A stretch of 60,797 nucleotides of DNA from a virus. Its lineage: Duplodnaviria > Caudoviricetes. A program made the position numbers and the translations under genes. How positions within the stretch are numbered: the stretch's first letter is position 1; every line of letters starts with the position of its first letter. The stretch is taken from positions 1 through 60,797 of IMG/VR virus record IMGVR_UViG_3300037357_000143; one strand, 5' to 3'. A model generated the notes under the pieces. That model was not told where the DNA came from. It did not search any database and saw only the letters and a program-made list of their open reading frames with translations. Below, piece by piece: positions 48,173 to 56,603 of the stretch.

Positions 48173-48565
48173 TTGATAAAAGAATTTTTTAAAAAGATTG
48201 AAAATTTTATTTTAAGAAGAAAAGCGATTGAAAATAAAATAGTATTTGAGAATTATAATAGAAATAATAGATTAATAAATAAGGTTGAATTTTTAGAATT
48301 TGATAATCCAGTGCTGAATGAATTTTTCGAAGCTTTGGAACATTTTAATCAATCTGGGGTTATGGTTAGAGAGAATGAAGATGGAAATATTATAATCAAT
48401 TTCACACGAAATCCATTTAATATCAGGGTTGACGGGTTCTGGATCACTGAATGTGTTAAAATTTATTTCAATAGGAAAGAAAAAGTAGTTTTATTTAATT
48501 CTAATCCTACTGATTTTATAAATAATTATGATTATTCTGAGATAAAAGAAATTACAATTGAGTGA
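48173..48565 (+). CDS. hypothetical protein
   Basis: AGGAG RBS; TTG start. Confidence 0.6.
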   Translation: MIKEFFKKIENFILRRKAIENKIVFENYNRNNRLINKVEFLEFDNPVLNEFFEALEHFNQSGVMVRENEDGNIIINFTRNPFNIRVDGFWITECVKIYFNRKEKVVLFNSNPTDFINNYDYSEIKEITIE

Positions 48566-48804
48566 TTGAAATGCAAAAATGGAAACCAGATAAGGAACAA
48601 TTAGAACAATGGGTGAACATTGATCAAAAGAGTTTTCGTGAAATAAAAAAAATTTGTGGTTATAGCATTACTACTATTAGTAATTGGCTTACAGAATATG
48701 AAATAGAAAAACCTTCTGTAGGACGGAAGAAAGGTTATAAAGCTTCAGCAGAAACGCGCAGAAGAATGTCTCGAGCGGCTTATATGGACAGGAATGAAGG
48801 GTAG
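48562..48804 (+). CDS. small HTH + NUMOD3-like DNA-binding protein
   Basis: SFREIKKICGYSITTISNWL; KASAETRRRMS. Confidence 0.55.
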   Translation: MIEMQKWKPDKEQLEQWVNIDQKSFREIKKICGYSITTISNWLTEYEIEKPSVGRKKGYKASAETRRRMSRAAYMDRNEG

Positions 48805-48812
48805 GAGGGATT

Positions 48813-49172
48813 ATAATCGAGGACTGGGTAGTAAGTAATTTTTTCAAGGTATACTTCGTGGGTGTTAAAGATGTGGAATTTTGGACCTTTAAAAGGACAG
48901 ATACGCGTCAAATGCTGATTACTTTTAACAACGAAGAGTCATGGGACGCTAGCTTGACAAAAGATCATTTACAAGTAATGAGACATATGTTTCTTATGGA
49001 TAGAGCGAGATTAGAAATTTTAGCTGAAAGAGATGCACTAGAAACTGTGATGTGGTTTACAGCGCAAAGTGCAGCGGCAGAAGAAGCTGCGCGTCAGTAT
49101 ATGGCTTTAAATCAGGTACAAGCTCAAGAGCCAGAGGAAGTAATAAAATTAATCAAAGAGAATAAAGAATAA
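48813..49172 (+). CDS. hypothetical protein (probable ATA start; ORF track uses GTG 48858)
   Basis: frame open back to the GGAGG RBS at 48804. Confidence 0.55.
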   Translation: MIEDWVVSNFFKVYFVGVKDVEFWTFKRTDTRQMLITFNNEESWDASLTKDHLQVMRHMFLMDRARLEILAERDALETVMWFTAQSAAAEEAARQYMALNQVQAQEPEEVIKLIKENKE

Positions 49173-49345
49173 AATAAAGGGTGTTTATAATGTATCAAAA
49201 TAAATTAGATATAGCAATAAAAGAATGGGCTGTTTCATCGCCTTATAATGATATGGAACATCCAAATGAAATGACAAATGTGGTATTTAATCCTGAATAT
49301 TGGAAGGAAGGAGATGTCTTTATTAGCTTTGATAGGGTGTAAAAA

Positions 49346-49687
49346 TTGGAAACTCAATTAAAAAAACTTAAAAATTGGTTTGATATTTTAGATGATTATA
49401 AAATTATTATTAAACATGAACATCATGATTTTCCTACTGCAATTATTCATCCAAATAAAATATCAGAAATAGAACCTGGTAAAGTTGTTATGGTAATTAA
49501 AGCAAATAAGCCTTCTCTTATCCGCTATGCTTTAATTGATCTGATCTGTCATGAAATTGCTGAACATCGCTTTTATGAAGAGTATCCTAATTATAAAGGG
49601 AATAGTCATAAACATAAAAAATTTCAAGAAATTGAACGGGCATTAAGAAAAAATATTGAGAAAAAAATATATGAGGAACACGGATGA
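49346..49687 (+). CDS. hypothetical protein, possible zincin-like motif
   Basis: LICHEIAEH...HKHKKF. Confidence 0.5.
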   Translation: METQLKKLKNWFDILDDYKIIIKHEHHDFPTAIIHPNKISEIEPGKVVMVIKANKPSLIRYALIDLICHEIAEHRFYEEYPNYKGNSHKHKKFQEIERALRKNIEKKIYEEHG

Positions 49688-49834
49688 AAAGAATGTTGAG
49701 CCGGATGGAAACGATAGCTAGGCTTTTCATCGACATTGCTCGGTTGGAAGAGAAAGAAAAAGTAACTGGGGAACTAGACCCCACAGTAAATAAAAAATTA
49801 GAACAAATATGTAAACTTTTGGAAGAGGAAATAA

Positions 49835-50521
49835 ATGACGATTGAGAATAAATATGGGGATTATATAGTTAAGAGATATGTAGAAGATAGGGTTGGTTCT
49901 CCTACAATAGCGAAAGAGATTGGGTGTCATCATGTAAGTATTTTAGAAATATTAGAAAAAAGAGGAGTATCTAGACGTTCATCAAGTGATTATAAACATA
50001 AGCATTCTAAAGAAACTCGAGAAAAAATTTCTAAAAATAACGCTTGTTATTGGAAGGGAAGAACTAAAAGAATCAAAGTAAATTGTGAATATTGTGGAAA
50101 AGAGATAGAGAGAGTTCCTTCAGAAATAAAACGAGGAAAATATTTTTTTTGTTCTAGAGAACATAAAGATATATACCAGAAAGGAGAAAATCATCCTAAT
50201 TGGAATAATGGTTCATCTTTTGAACCTTATTGTATTCTTTTCAGTAATGAATTTAAAGAGCGTGTCCGTGAATTTTGGGGAAGGAAATGTGTAATGAGTG
50301 GAATAACTGAAGAGGAACATGGGTCGAAACTTTCAGTTCATCATGTATCATACGATAAAGAAACTTGTTGTAATATTACCCCTCCATTGTTTATTCCAGT
50401 AACTAAAGGATGGAATGCAAAATTTAATGAAAATAGAGAATATTGGGAAGAATATTTAACTAATTATATAATGATCTGGTTTGATGGTGAATGTTATCTC
50501 CCAAAGGAGGATATATTATGA
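49835..50521 (+). CDS. HNH-like homing endonuclease (HTH, NUMOD3, zinc finger)
   Basis: HSKETREKIS, CEYCG...FCS, GENHPNW, LSVHHV. Confidence 0.7.
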   Translation: MTIENKYGDYIVKRYVEDRVGSPTIAKEIGCHHVSILEILEKRGVSRRSSSDYKHKHSKETREKISKNNACYWKGRTKRIKVNCEYCGKEIERVPSEIKRGKYFFCSREHKDIYQKGENHPNWNNGSSFEPYCILFSNEFKERVREFWGRKCVMSGITEEEHGSKLSVHHVSYDKETCCNITPPLFIPVTKGWNAKFNENREYWEEYLTNYIMIWFDGECYLPKEDIL

Positions 50522-52542
50522 GTCAAATTTTCGTAAATACTTCTCATGATTCATGTGAAGTTTTTAAAAAACGTAAAATTGTTGATTCTTTATTAAATGA
50601 AACAGATGTTAAAGAAGCAGAAGCAATGATGATTGCAAGGTCAATTGAGCTACAAGTGAAGAAAAATAAAGACCAATTAACAACTACGTCACAAATAAGA
50701 GTTTTGATGAACGCCCAATTATATATGAGAGGAGATGTCAAGGCGGCACGAGAATCAGAAAGAGTAGGAATTCCCACAATTGAGATTGATTATTTAATTA
50801 ATAACCATGTAAATGATAATGCAAATTTATTAAGAGCTCCTCGAACTGTTGAAAAGTTTGTTGCAGATTCAGCTTTAAAACAATATGCCTTAAATAAACT
50901 CCCTTCTGATATTGCATTAGCTCATAATAAAGGGGATATTCGACTTCATGATTTAGATTATTTTGCCACGAGACCTGGAAATTGTATGCAGGCAGATGCT
51001 CGTTGGTTTATTAAAGAGGGACTTAAAATAGATGGGACAGGGAAACACTCTTCGGTAGCAGGTCCTGCTAAAAATTTAATGACATTGGTGAATCAAATTG
51101 GAGAAGTTTTATTATCTCAACAACAAAATTTAAGTGGCGGGCAGGGCCTTCCTTTAATGAATGTATTTTTAGCTCCTTTTGCCCGAGGTTTAAAATATAA
51201 TGAAATAAAACAAGGAATGCAGATGTTTATATATAATATGAATAATGCATATGTAGATCGTGGTTCGCAAACTATTTTTGGTTCTGTTGGAATCGAAATG
51301 GGTGTCCCTAATTTTTTAAAAGATTATGATGCTTATGGTCCTAATGGAAAGAGAGTTGGAGTTTATGAAGAATTTGAAGAAGAAAGTAGGCAATTACAAA
51401 GAGCTTTTACTGAAGTGATGAATGAAGGAGATTTTTTAGGTAAGGCTCATATTTTTCCTAACTCTTTATACAATTTAAGAAAGGAACACATGAAAAAAGA
51501 ATTCGATGAGGATTGGTTAAAAGTACATCAGCTTTCTTCAAAATTTTCAGTCCCCTATTTTATCAATCAAGAAATTGGTTATAATGGGGTTACAAGCTCA
51601 ACTATGGGTTGTCGTACTTCTTTAGGGTCTAATTTTACTGGAGACTGGGAAAAGGATACATTAAGAACAGGAAATCTTGCATATTCGACTATTAATCTTC
51701 CGCGGCTTGCATACAAAACAAGTGATTTATCAGAATTTTTAGAAGAATTAGAACAAATAATGAATATAGTAGAGGAATATCTTTTGTTAAGGAGAGAAAG
51801 GGTTGAAGCCTTGTTAAATAAAAAGAATCTTTTGCCATTTTTATTTCAAAAAAATAAGGAAGGAGAAACTTATTATAGAATTGATACGACTTCACTTGCT
51901 TTTGGATTTGTCGGAATGCATGAAACTTTATTAGCAATGGGAATTGAGGATGGGGTTATTTCTAAGGATGGACAATCTACTACAAAAATTATTTTACAAG
52001 CAATGAATGATCGAGTAAAAGATTTAAGGGAGGAAACAAATTATCGTTGGGGTGTTTTCCAAACTCCAGCAGAATCTGCGGCTAGAGATTTTGCTCTTTC
52101 TGATTTAAAATATTACCCAAAACAGGCTATTATAAATGGGGATAAAGATTCAGCTTATTATACTAATTCCAGTCATGTCCCTGTTAGCTCGGATATTTTA
52201 TTACCTCAAAGAATAAAGATTGAATCACAATTTCATCCTTATACGGGTGCAGGTGCGATTATGCATGGGTGGTTAGGGGAAGAACGTTCAAGTCCCGAAG
52301 GTCTTTTGAGTTTAACTAAAAAAATAATGAATAGTAAATGTAGTTTTTTCACATATACTTCTGCTTATACTCATTGTTTTAGTTGTAACACTCGAATGGC
52401 TGGAATTCAAACAGAATGTTATGCTTGTGGAAGTAAAGAAATAGAATCATATGATAGAGTTACCGGTTATATGCAGAAGATTTCAGGCTGGAATGCAAGC
52501 AAACAAAGAGAACAACAAGATAGATATAGATATGAGGTGTGA
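50518..52542 (+). CDS. nrdD: anaerobic (class III) ribonucleoside-triphosphate reductase
   Basis: N-terminal ATP cone, HDLDY, SGGQG, MGCRT, TPAES, YTNSSHV, CxxC..CxxC, glycyl-radical RVTGY. Confidence 0.93.
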   Translation: MSQIFVNTSHDSCEVFKKRKIVDSLLNETDVKEAEAMMIARSIELQVKKNKDQLTTTSQIRVLMNAQLYMRGDVKAARESERVGIPTIEIDYLINNHVNDNANLLRAPRTVEKFVADSALKQYALNKLPSDIALAHNKGDIRLHDLDYFATRPGNCMQADARWFIKEGLKIDGTGKHSSVAGPAKNLMTLVNQIGEVLLSQQQNLSGGQGLPLMNVFLAPFARGLKYNEIKQGMQMFIYNMNNAYVDRGSQTIFGSVGIEMGVPNFLKDYDAYGPNGKRVGVYEEFEEESRQLQRAFTEVMNEGDFLGKAHIFPNSLYNLRKEHMKKEFDEDWLKVHQLSSKFSVPYFINQEIGYNGVTSSTMGCRTSLGSNFTGDWEKDTLRTGNLAYSTINLPRLAYKTSDLSEFLEELEQIMNIVEEYLLLRRERVEALLNKKNLLPFLFQKNKEGETYYRIDTTSLAFGFVGMHETLLAMGIEDGVISKDGQSTTKIILQAMNDRVKDLREETNYRWGVFQTPAESAARDFALSDLKYYPKQAIINGDKDSAYYTNSSHVPVSSDILLPQRIKIESQFHPYTGAGAIMHGWLGEERSSPEGLLSLTKKIMNSKCSFFTYTSAYTHCFSCNTRMAGIQTECYACGSKEIESYDRVTGYMQKISGWNASKQREQQDRYRYEV

Positions 52543-52544
52543 AA

Positions 52545-52655
52545 ATGACTAAATGTTATCCATTGGATCAATGTTGGAAATGTCCGAGCTATGATGCCGG
52601 AAGTCTTTGTACGGAAGATGAGCCTGGTAGTGAATATTATGGTAGTTATTTTTAT
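52545..52655 (+). pseudogene. 5' part of a small Cys-rich gene interrupted by the IS; 3' part at 54330-54374
   Basis: joining the flanks gives an in-frame 51-aa ORF. Confidence 0.7.
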
Positions 52656-52759
52656 CTCGGATCTGAAAGAATACTATGACTTCTTATAAGTCATAGATGA
52701 ATTTCAGACTAATACTTAAACGGAAAGGTTAAATACTATAAAAACAGATATAATACATA

Positions 52760-53164
52760 ATGATACAGAATTTAGACAAAAACCAACATTCAGTATACAC
52801 ATTGACATACCATTTAGTGCTTGTTACAAAATACCGTAAACAAATCATAACACCGGAGATATACTCTAAATTAGTGGAAATCTTCCAAAATATTGGAAAA
52901 AATTATAATATCCATTTACAAGAAAGCAACTATGATTTAGAACATTTACACTTCCTTTTTAAAGCTAAACCCGATACAGCACTGTTAAAATTCATCAATT
53001 CTTATAAATCAGCAAGTAGTAGGTTAATCAAAAAAGAATATCCTGAAATCAAGAAGAAACTTTGGAAAGAAGCATTCTGGAAAATAGGGTATTTCATCTC
53101 TACAACAGGTGGAGCAAATATTGAAACAATACGGAAATATATCGAAAGGCAACAGAAAAAATGA
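52760..53164 (+). CDS. tnpA: IS200/IS605 HUH (Y1) transposase
   Basis: YHLVLVTKYR, HLH, YIERQ. Confidence 0.93.
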   Translation: MIQNLDKNQHSVYTLTYHLVLVTKYRKQIITPEIYSKLVEIFQNIGKNYNIHLQESNYDLEHLHFLFKAKPDTALLKFINSYKSASSRLIKKEYPEIKKKLWKEAFWKIGYFISTTGGANIETIRKYIERQQKK

Positions 53165-54324
53165 GAACAGTTAATAAATCATACAAATATCGAATATATC
53201 CAAATAAAAAACAACAGGATGTATTAGAATTTAACATGAATAGTGCACGCTTCGTTTTTAACCATATCAAAGCAACATATGAACTCTACAGAAAACAGGT
53301 CAAAGAATATGGATTCACATTATATGCTAATAGAAAACTATTCAATGCCATATTAAATGATTTAAAAAAATGTTACCCATTTTTAAGAGAAGCTAACAGC
53401 ACAGTTCTCCAAAAAGCATATGATAACCTCATAGCTGCATACCAAATGATAGGCAAAGCAGGTAATGGATGGGTAAAATTCAAATCTAGCAAAAATCCTA
53501 TACAATCATTTCGCACATTAAACACTAAAATTATTGAGGGTAAACTGAAACTACCCAAAATCCATTCATTAATACAGATGAAATATGGCAAAAAGGTGAA
53601 AGGAGATATATTAACTTCAACAATTAGTAAAAACAATTCTAATCAATATTTTGTTAGTATTAATGTTAAAAACAGTCCTGTTAAACCTATAGAAAAGACT
53701 AAACAGAAAGTAGGGATTGACCTTGGATTGAAAGATTTAGCAACATTCAGTAATGGTTATAAAACAGGTAAAATACTGTTAAAAGAGGTTGATAAGAGAA
53801 TAGGAAAACAAAACCAGATTTTAAGTAATAAAGTTAAAAATGGATGTAATTGGATGAAAGCGAAAACCAAGCTCAACCGATTATACCAGTATAAAAAGAA
53901 TATAATAAATGATTTTCTACATAAAACAACAACCAAAATAGTACGTGAATTTGATGAAATCTATGTTGGAAACGTGAACAGTAAATTAGGATTAAAAAAT
54001 AAATATCTTGCACATACAACCGCTGACCAACACTGGTATGAGTTCAAACGGCAATTAGAATATAAATCTGATTGGTATGATAAATATTTTGAGGTTGTTG
54101 ATGAAAAATATACTTCTAAAACTTGCAGTAACTGTGGATATGTTACAAAGAGTTTAGATTTGAGTATTCGTCATTGGGTGTGTCCTGAATGTAATATGAA
54201 GCATGATAGGGATATAAACGCTGCATGTAATATTCTAACCGTAGGGATTACGGGGATTGCCTTTAGTAAAATCAACAAATTAGTTGGTGGATTAGGAATC
54301 CATGACCTCTACAGGTCATGGTAG
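53161..54324 (+). CDS. tnpB: TnpB RNA-guided endonuclease
   Basis: YKYRIYP HTH, GIDLG, TSKTCSNCG...CPEC...HDRDINAA. Confidence 0.93.
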   Translation: MRTVNKSYKYRIYPNKKQQDVLEFNMNSARFVFNHIKATYELYRKQVKEYGFTLYANRKLFNAILNDLKKCYPFLREANSTVLQKAYDNLIAAYQMIGKAGNGWVKFKSSKNPIQSFRTLNTKIIEGKLKLPKIHSLIQMKYGKKVKGDILTSTISKNNSNQYFVSINVKNSPVKPIEKTKQKVGIDLGLKDLATFSNGYKTGKILLKEVDKRIGKQNQILSNKVKNGCNWMKAKTKLNRLYQYKKNIINDFLHKTTTKIVREFDEIYVGNVNSKLGLKNKYLAHTTADQHWYEFKRQLEYKSDWYDKYFEVVDEKYTSKTCSNCGYVTKSLDLSIRHWVCPECNMKHDRDINAACNILTVGITGIAFSKINKLVGGLGIHDLYRSW

Positions 54325-54382
54325 TTCAAACATGTGATCGTGAATTCAAAAATATAATGAGTATTAGTGATTAGGTGATATC

Positions 54383-54862
54383 TTGAAAGAATGTTCTATT
54401 TGTAAAGAATGGAAGGATGAAAGTGAATTTCATAGAAATAAAAGGGAAAAAGATGGATTAAATTATGAATGCAAAATATGTACGAGTAAAAGGGCTGCCA
54501 AATGGAGAAAAAATAATAAAGACAGAATCTGGGCGAACACAACAATTCATAAACATCGGAAAGCAGGAATAGATATTAGATTAGAAATAAAAGAATTACA
54601 AGATTTTTTTAATATTACTATGAAAAAAGGTTGTAAAATTTGTTCTGCTAAAATGGAACCAGGAGATGGTGTTGTTGGTCCCCGGTCTCCTTCTCTAGAT
54701 ATAAAAAATCCTTTTAAGAAAATTGTTGATAATATTGATGATGTTCAAATAATATGTCATGAGTGCAACAAAAGAAAAGGAAATCGTACAATGAAACAAT
54801 GGTTTGATGATAATTTAGATTTTGTAATTAAATTTCAAAATGATTATCAAAATTGGACATAA
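54383..54862 (+). CDS. HNH/His-Me finger-like protein, related to 18472-18849
   Basis: N-terminal zinc finger; SLDIKNP...VQIICHECNKRKG. Confidence 0.65.
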   Translation: MKECSICKEWKDESEFHRNKREKDGLNYECKICTSKRAAKWRKNNKDRIWANTTIHKHRKAGIDIRLEIKELQDFFNITMKKGCKICSAKMEPGDGVVGPRSPSLDIKNPFKKIVDNIDDVQIICHECNKRKGNRTMKQWFDDNLDFVIKFQNDYQNWT

Positions 54863-54940
54863 CCGCAACCTTTTAATAAAGGTGAAAAAACGATAAGTTT
54901 ATATATAATGTTCGACTTCTTTTAATTATAGGATGATATT

Positions 54941-55168
54941 ATGGATGAAAAACAAGTAGCGAAAATTTTAGCAATAGTCGTAACGATTTTAGGTATAGTT
55001 TACTCGGCATTGAATAATTATCCGATTACCGGTGTTAGTCTTACCGGGGCAGCCTTTATAGTTTCTGTTGTGATTCAGGTTTTACAAGTTGTAGAAACCA
55101 ATTTGGATAGTCAAACAAGAGAACTTAAAGCTGAAATCGAAGTACTCAAAAATATGTTAACGAAATAA
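54941..55168 (+). CDS. small two-TM membrane protein (holin-like architecture)
   Basis: two hydrophobic segments plus coiled-coil tail; own TATA box at about 54898. Confidence 0.5.
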   Translation: MDEKQVAKILAIVVTILGIVYSALNNYPITGVSLTGAAFIVSVVIQVLQVVETNLDSQTRELKAEIEVLKNMLTK

Positions 55169-55235
55169 TTTCTTTAATTTTTTTTACCCAAAAGAAATAA
55201 ACGTTTACTGTGATTGTTCAAAAAGAAATATATGA

Positions 55236-55307
55236 ACTGCCGTAGTCCAACGGAAGGACGGTTGGCTTTGGACCAGCTAATGTCGGGTTCAAGTCCCACC
55301 GGCAGTA
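55236..55307 (+). tRNA. tRNA-Gln(UUG)
   Basis: cloverleaf; loop CTTTGGA; A1-U72 as in archaeal tRNA-Gln. Confidence 0.9.
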
Positions 55308-55309
55308 TA

Positions 55310-55381
55310 TGCGGCGTAGAAAATTGAATATTCGACAGGCTCATGACCTGTAGAGAGTCGGTTTGATTCCGACCGTCGCAA
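55310..55381 (+). tRNA. tRNA-CAU (Met or Ile2)
   Basis: ACAGG-CTCATGA-CCTGT; atypical T loop. Confidence 0.75.
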
Positions 55382-55383
55382 TT

Positions 55384-55456
55384 GGGGCTGTGGTGTAATT
55401 GGCTAGCATGTTGCCCTGTCACGGCATCGATTCGGGATCGTACCCCGGCGGCCCCG
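55384..55456 (+). tRNA. tRNA-Asp(GUC)
   Basis: loop CTGTCAC; G73. Confidence 0.85.
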
Positions 55457-55458
55457 TT

Positions 55459-55555
55459 GTGAGGATAGCTTAACGAGTAAAGCACTTTTAAATAGTCTTA
55501 GTATAGACATATACTTATTTAAAGGAAGATGGAGGTGCAAGTCCTCCTCTGAACA
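55459..55555 (+). ncRNA. tRNA-like RNA with extended anticodon arm
   Basis: D and T arms intact; 31-nt structured insert replaces the anticodon loop. Confidence 0.55.
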
Positions 55556-55559
55556 CTTT

Positions 55560-55634
55560 GGGTCGGTGGCCTAGTCTGATTAAGGCGAGGGACTTTTAAT
55601 CCCTAGATCGGGAGTTCAAATCTCCCTCGACTCA
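55560..55634 (+). tRNA. tRNA-Lys(UUU)
   Basis: AGGGA-CTTTTAA-TCCCT. Confidence 0.9.
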
Positions 55635-55642
55635 CTTTATTT

Positions 55643-55714
55643 GCTATCTTAGTCTAGCAGCAAGGACGACGGACTTTCACTTCGTTAACGAGGGTGCAAC
55701 TCCCTCAGATAGCA
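55643..55714 (+). tRNA. tRNA-Glu(UUC)
   Basis: loop CTTTCAC; perfect acceptor stem. Confidence 0.85.
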
Positions 55715-55717
55715 TTA

Positions 55718-55788
55718 CCCTGCGTGGGAGCGGCCTCCCAGATGGGCTGTAGACTCATCCTCTGCCGGATCGACACCGGTCGTCGGGA
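55718..55788 (+). tRNA. tRNA-Tyr(GUA)
   Basis: loop CTGTAGA; C1-G72, A73, short variable arm (archaeal type); 4-nt D loop. Confidence 0.75.
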
Positions 55789-55832
55789 TTAGCTCCTCCA
55801 ATAATTTTATCAGTGAGGAGGGGCTTTAATTT

Positions 55833-55906
55833 GCCTGCGAGGCCATATTAGAATTGGTGGCAGCCTTGTAAGCTGTTTGTTGTGGGGGCAGATCCCACCG
55901 TAGGCT
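55833..55906 (+). tRNA. tRNA-Thr(UGU)
   Basis: GCAGC-CTTGTAA-GCTGT; atypical T loop. Confidence 0.75.
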
Positions 55907-55911
55907 CATTT

Positions 55912-55983
55912 GCCTTTGTAGTACAATTGGTAGTATGTCAGACTGTTAATCTGAAGATGCAGGTTCGAGCCCTGTCGTTGGCG
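55912..55983 (+). tRNA. tRNA-Asn(GUU)
   Basis: TCAGA-CTGTTAA-TCTGA; two U-U mismatches in the acceptor stem. Confidence 0.8.
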
Positions 55984-55986
55984 CTT

Positions 55987-56071
55987 AACGGAGTGTTAGG
56001 GAGTCTGGTTAACCTTACCGGCTTAAGACCGGTGCTTAGTGCAATCGCGAGTTCAAATCTCGTCTCCGTTA
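55987..56071 (+). tRNA. tRNA-Leu(UAA)
   Basis: ACCGG-CTTAAGA-CCGGT; long variable arm. Confidence 0.8.
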
Positions 56072-56116
56072 TTTAATTAAAAATGAGCAAAAGTATATAA
56101 AGGATCACTCAGATAA

Positions 56117-56347
56117 TTGAGTAACATGAAAGATATTGATGAAGCAATAAATGATTACAATCAAAATAAATTTAAAGATTGGAATCAAGAAGATGTAGTA
56201 ACTTTTGATATTGAGAATGATCTTACTGGAAAAACTATTACAGTTATTTTAAGTGGAGACTTTATCACTGTTAAAAATTGCCGAGATAAAATTCTTCATG
56301 GATTTCATTGGCAGCAAGGTAGTCTAAGAAGAGAAACAATAAAATAG
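56117..56347 (+). CDS. hypothetical protein within the tRNA array
   Basis: AT-rich ORF between tRNAs. Confidence 0.55.
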   Translation: MSNMKDIDEAINDYNQNKFKDWNQEDVVTFDIENDLTGKTITVILSGDFITVKNCRDKILHGFHWQQGSLRRETIK

Positions 56348-56428
56348 GTGCTGTGGTGGAGAGGTCTAACACGTCGGGTTTAGGACCCGAGCATAGCGCA
56401 AACGCAAGTTCGAATCTTGTCAGCACCA
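56347..56428 (+). tRNA. tRNA-Leu(UAG)
   Basis: TCGGG-TTTAGGA-CCCGA; long variable arm. Confidence 0.88.
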
Positions 56429-56527
56429 TTGGTGCAACGAGTTTAGCGGGTTCCTAATTCACCAATCAAAAACAAAAAACTGCGAGGAGCTTAGATATTC
56501 ACCTCTTTAAAAAAGAAAATCACCATT

Positions 56528-56603
56528 GTAGAGGTAGTTCAGTTGCGAGAACGCTGGTTTTGCAAATCAGAGGCCGCGGGTTGGAGTCCCGTCCTTTACA
56601 CCA
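56528..56603 (+). tRNA. tRNA-Ala(UGC) by anticodon; lacks G3:U70
   Basis: loop TTTGCAA; encoded CCA. Confidence 0.75.

Larger units (their letters stand above)
52656..54329 (+). mobile_element. IS200/IS605-family insertion sequence (tnpA + tnpB)
   Basis: left end after TTTAT, hairpin 52674-52696; right-end GAAT guide, hairpin 54300-54321 and TTCAA end; no target-site duplication. Confidence 0.9.

Noticed and set aside
945-53636. Many minus-strand and alternate-frame ORFs in the track (e.g. 945, 4582, 7735, 28568, 31600, 38037, 42579, 51692, 53373)
   Set aside because: They are shadows of longer genes with clear motifs or RBSs and have composition typical of antisense frames.
55718-55788. 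Small-D-loop tRNA as tRNA-Pyl or a suppressor; genetic code reassignment
   Set aside because: The anticodon is GUA, no CUA/UCA anticodon was found, and conserved genes are uninterrupted with all three stop codons in use.
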